Source of the DNA: Candidatus Nomurabacteria bacterium
Lineage (GTDB): Bacteria > Patescibacteriota > Minisyncoccia > Phycocordibacterales > UBA5272
Assembly: GCA_028286645.1 (NCBI GenBank)
Contig: JAQBRF010000004.1
Coordinates: 157,501 to 203,191 of the forward strand
DNA length: 45,691 bases
Direction: 5' to 3'
This document shows, one piece after another, positions 45,691 to 45,691 of this stretch (its first letter is position 1; every line of letters starts with the position of its first letter). The notes under the pieces are model-generated. The model was not told the origin of the DNA, ran no database searches, and saw only the letters and a program-made list of their open reading frames with translations. Both the position numbers and the translations under genes were made by a program.

Positions 45691-45691
45691 C

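Noticed and set aside
1-45691. Alternative genetic code 25 (TGA=Gly)
   Set aside because: TGA ends ftsW and recR at expected lengths, and conserved genes are intact under code 11

Overview
Bacterial chromosome segment with AT-rich backbone and standard genetic code. Gene content and style (short divergent housekeeping genes, class F sortase, many ORFans, no biosynthetic operons) suggest Patescibacteria/CPR, probably Parcubacteria; this is an inference. Backbone genes: mraY-ftsW-murG-gltX-M23 peptidase, SPFH protein, rlmB, a lexA/umuD-like + Y-family polymerase pair with a clear operator, sortase F with an LPXTG substrate, two PD-(D/E)XK nucleases (one fused to a UvrD helicase), rpmA, rplI, ribA, ctpA, cysS, dnaB, rdgB, recR, rplU, rmuC. 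The most striking feature is a two-tier organisation. Backbone genes lack Shine-Dalgarno (SD) motifs and many look leaderless. About 19 visibly GC-richer ORFan units each have their own TTGACA-N17-like promoter, an SD-like motif and a GC-rich terminator; eight lie in one tandem array (16.1-21 kb). They include a stand-alone RNA polymerase alpha-CTD-like protein and a HicB-like protein. About six units with the same promoter/terminator layout contain no ORF and look like structured ncRNAs. Also present: a MITE-like inverted-repeat family and about 13 intergenic 7-nt-period micro-arrays. No rRNA, tRNA, CRISPR array, integrase or transposase was recognised. All structures and motifs were read by eye; GC content was not computed.
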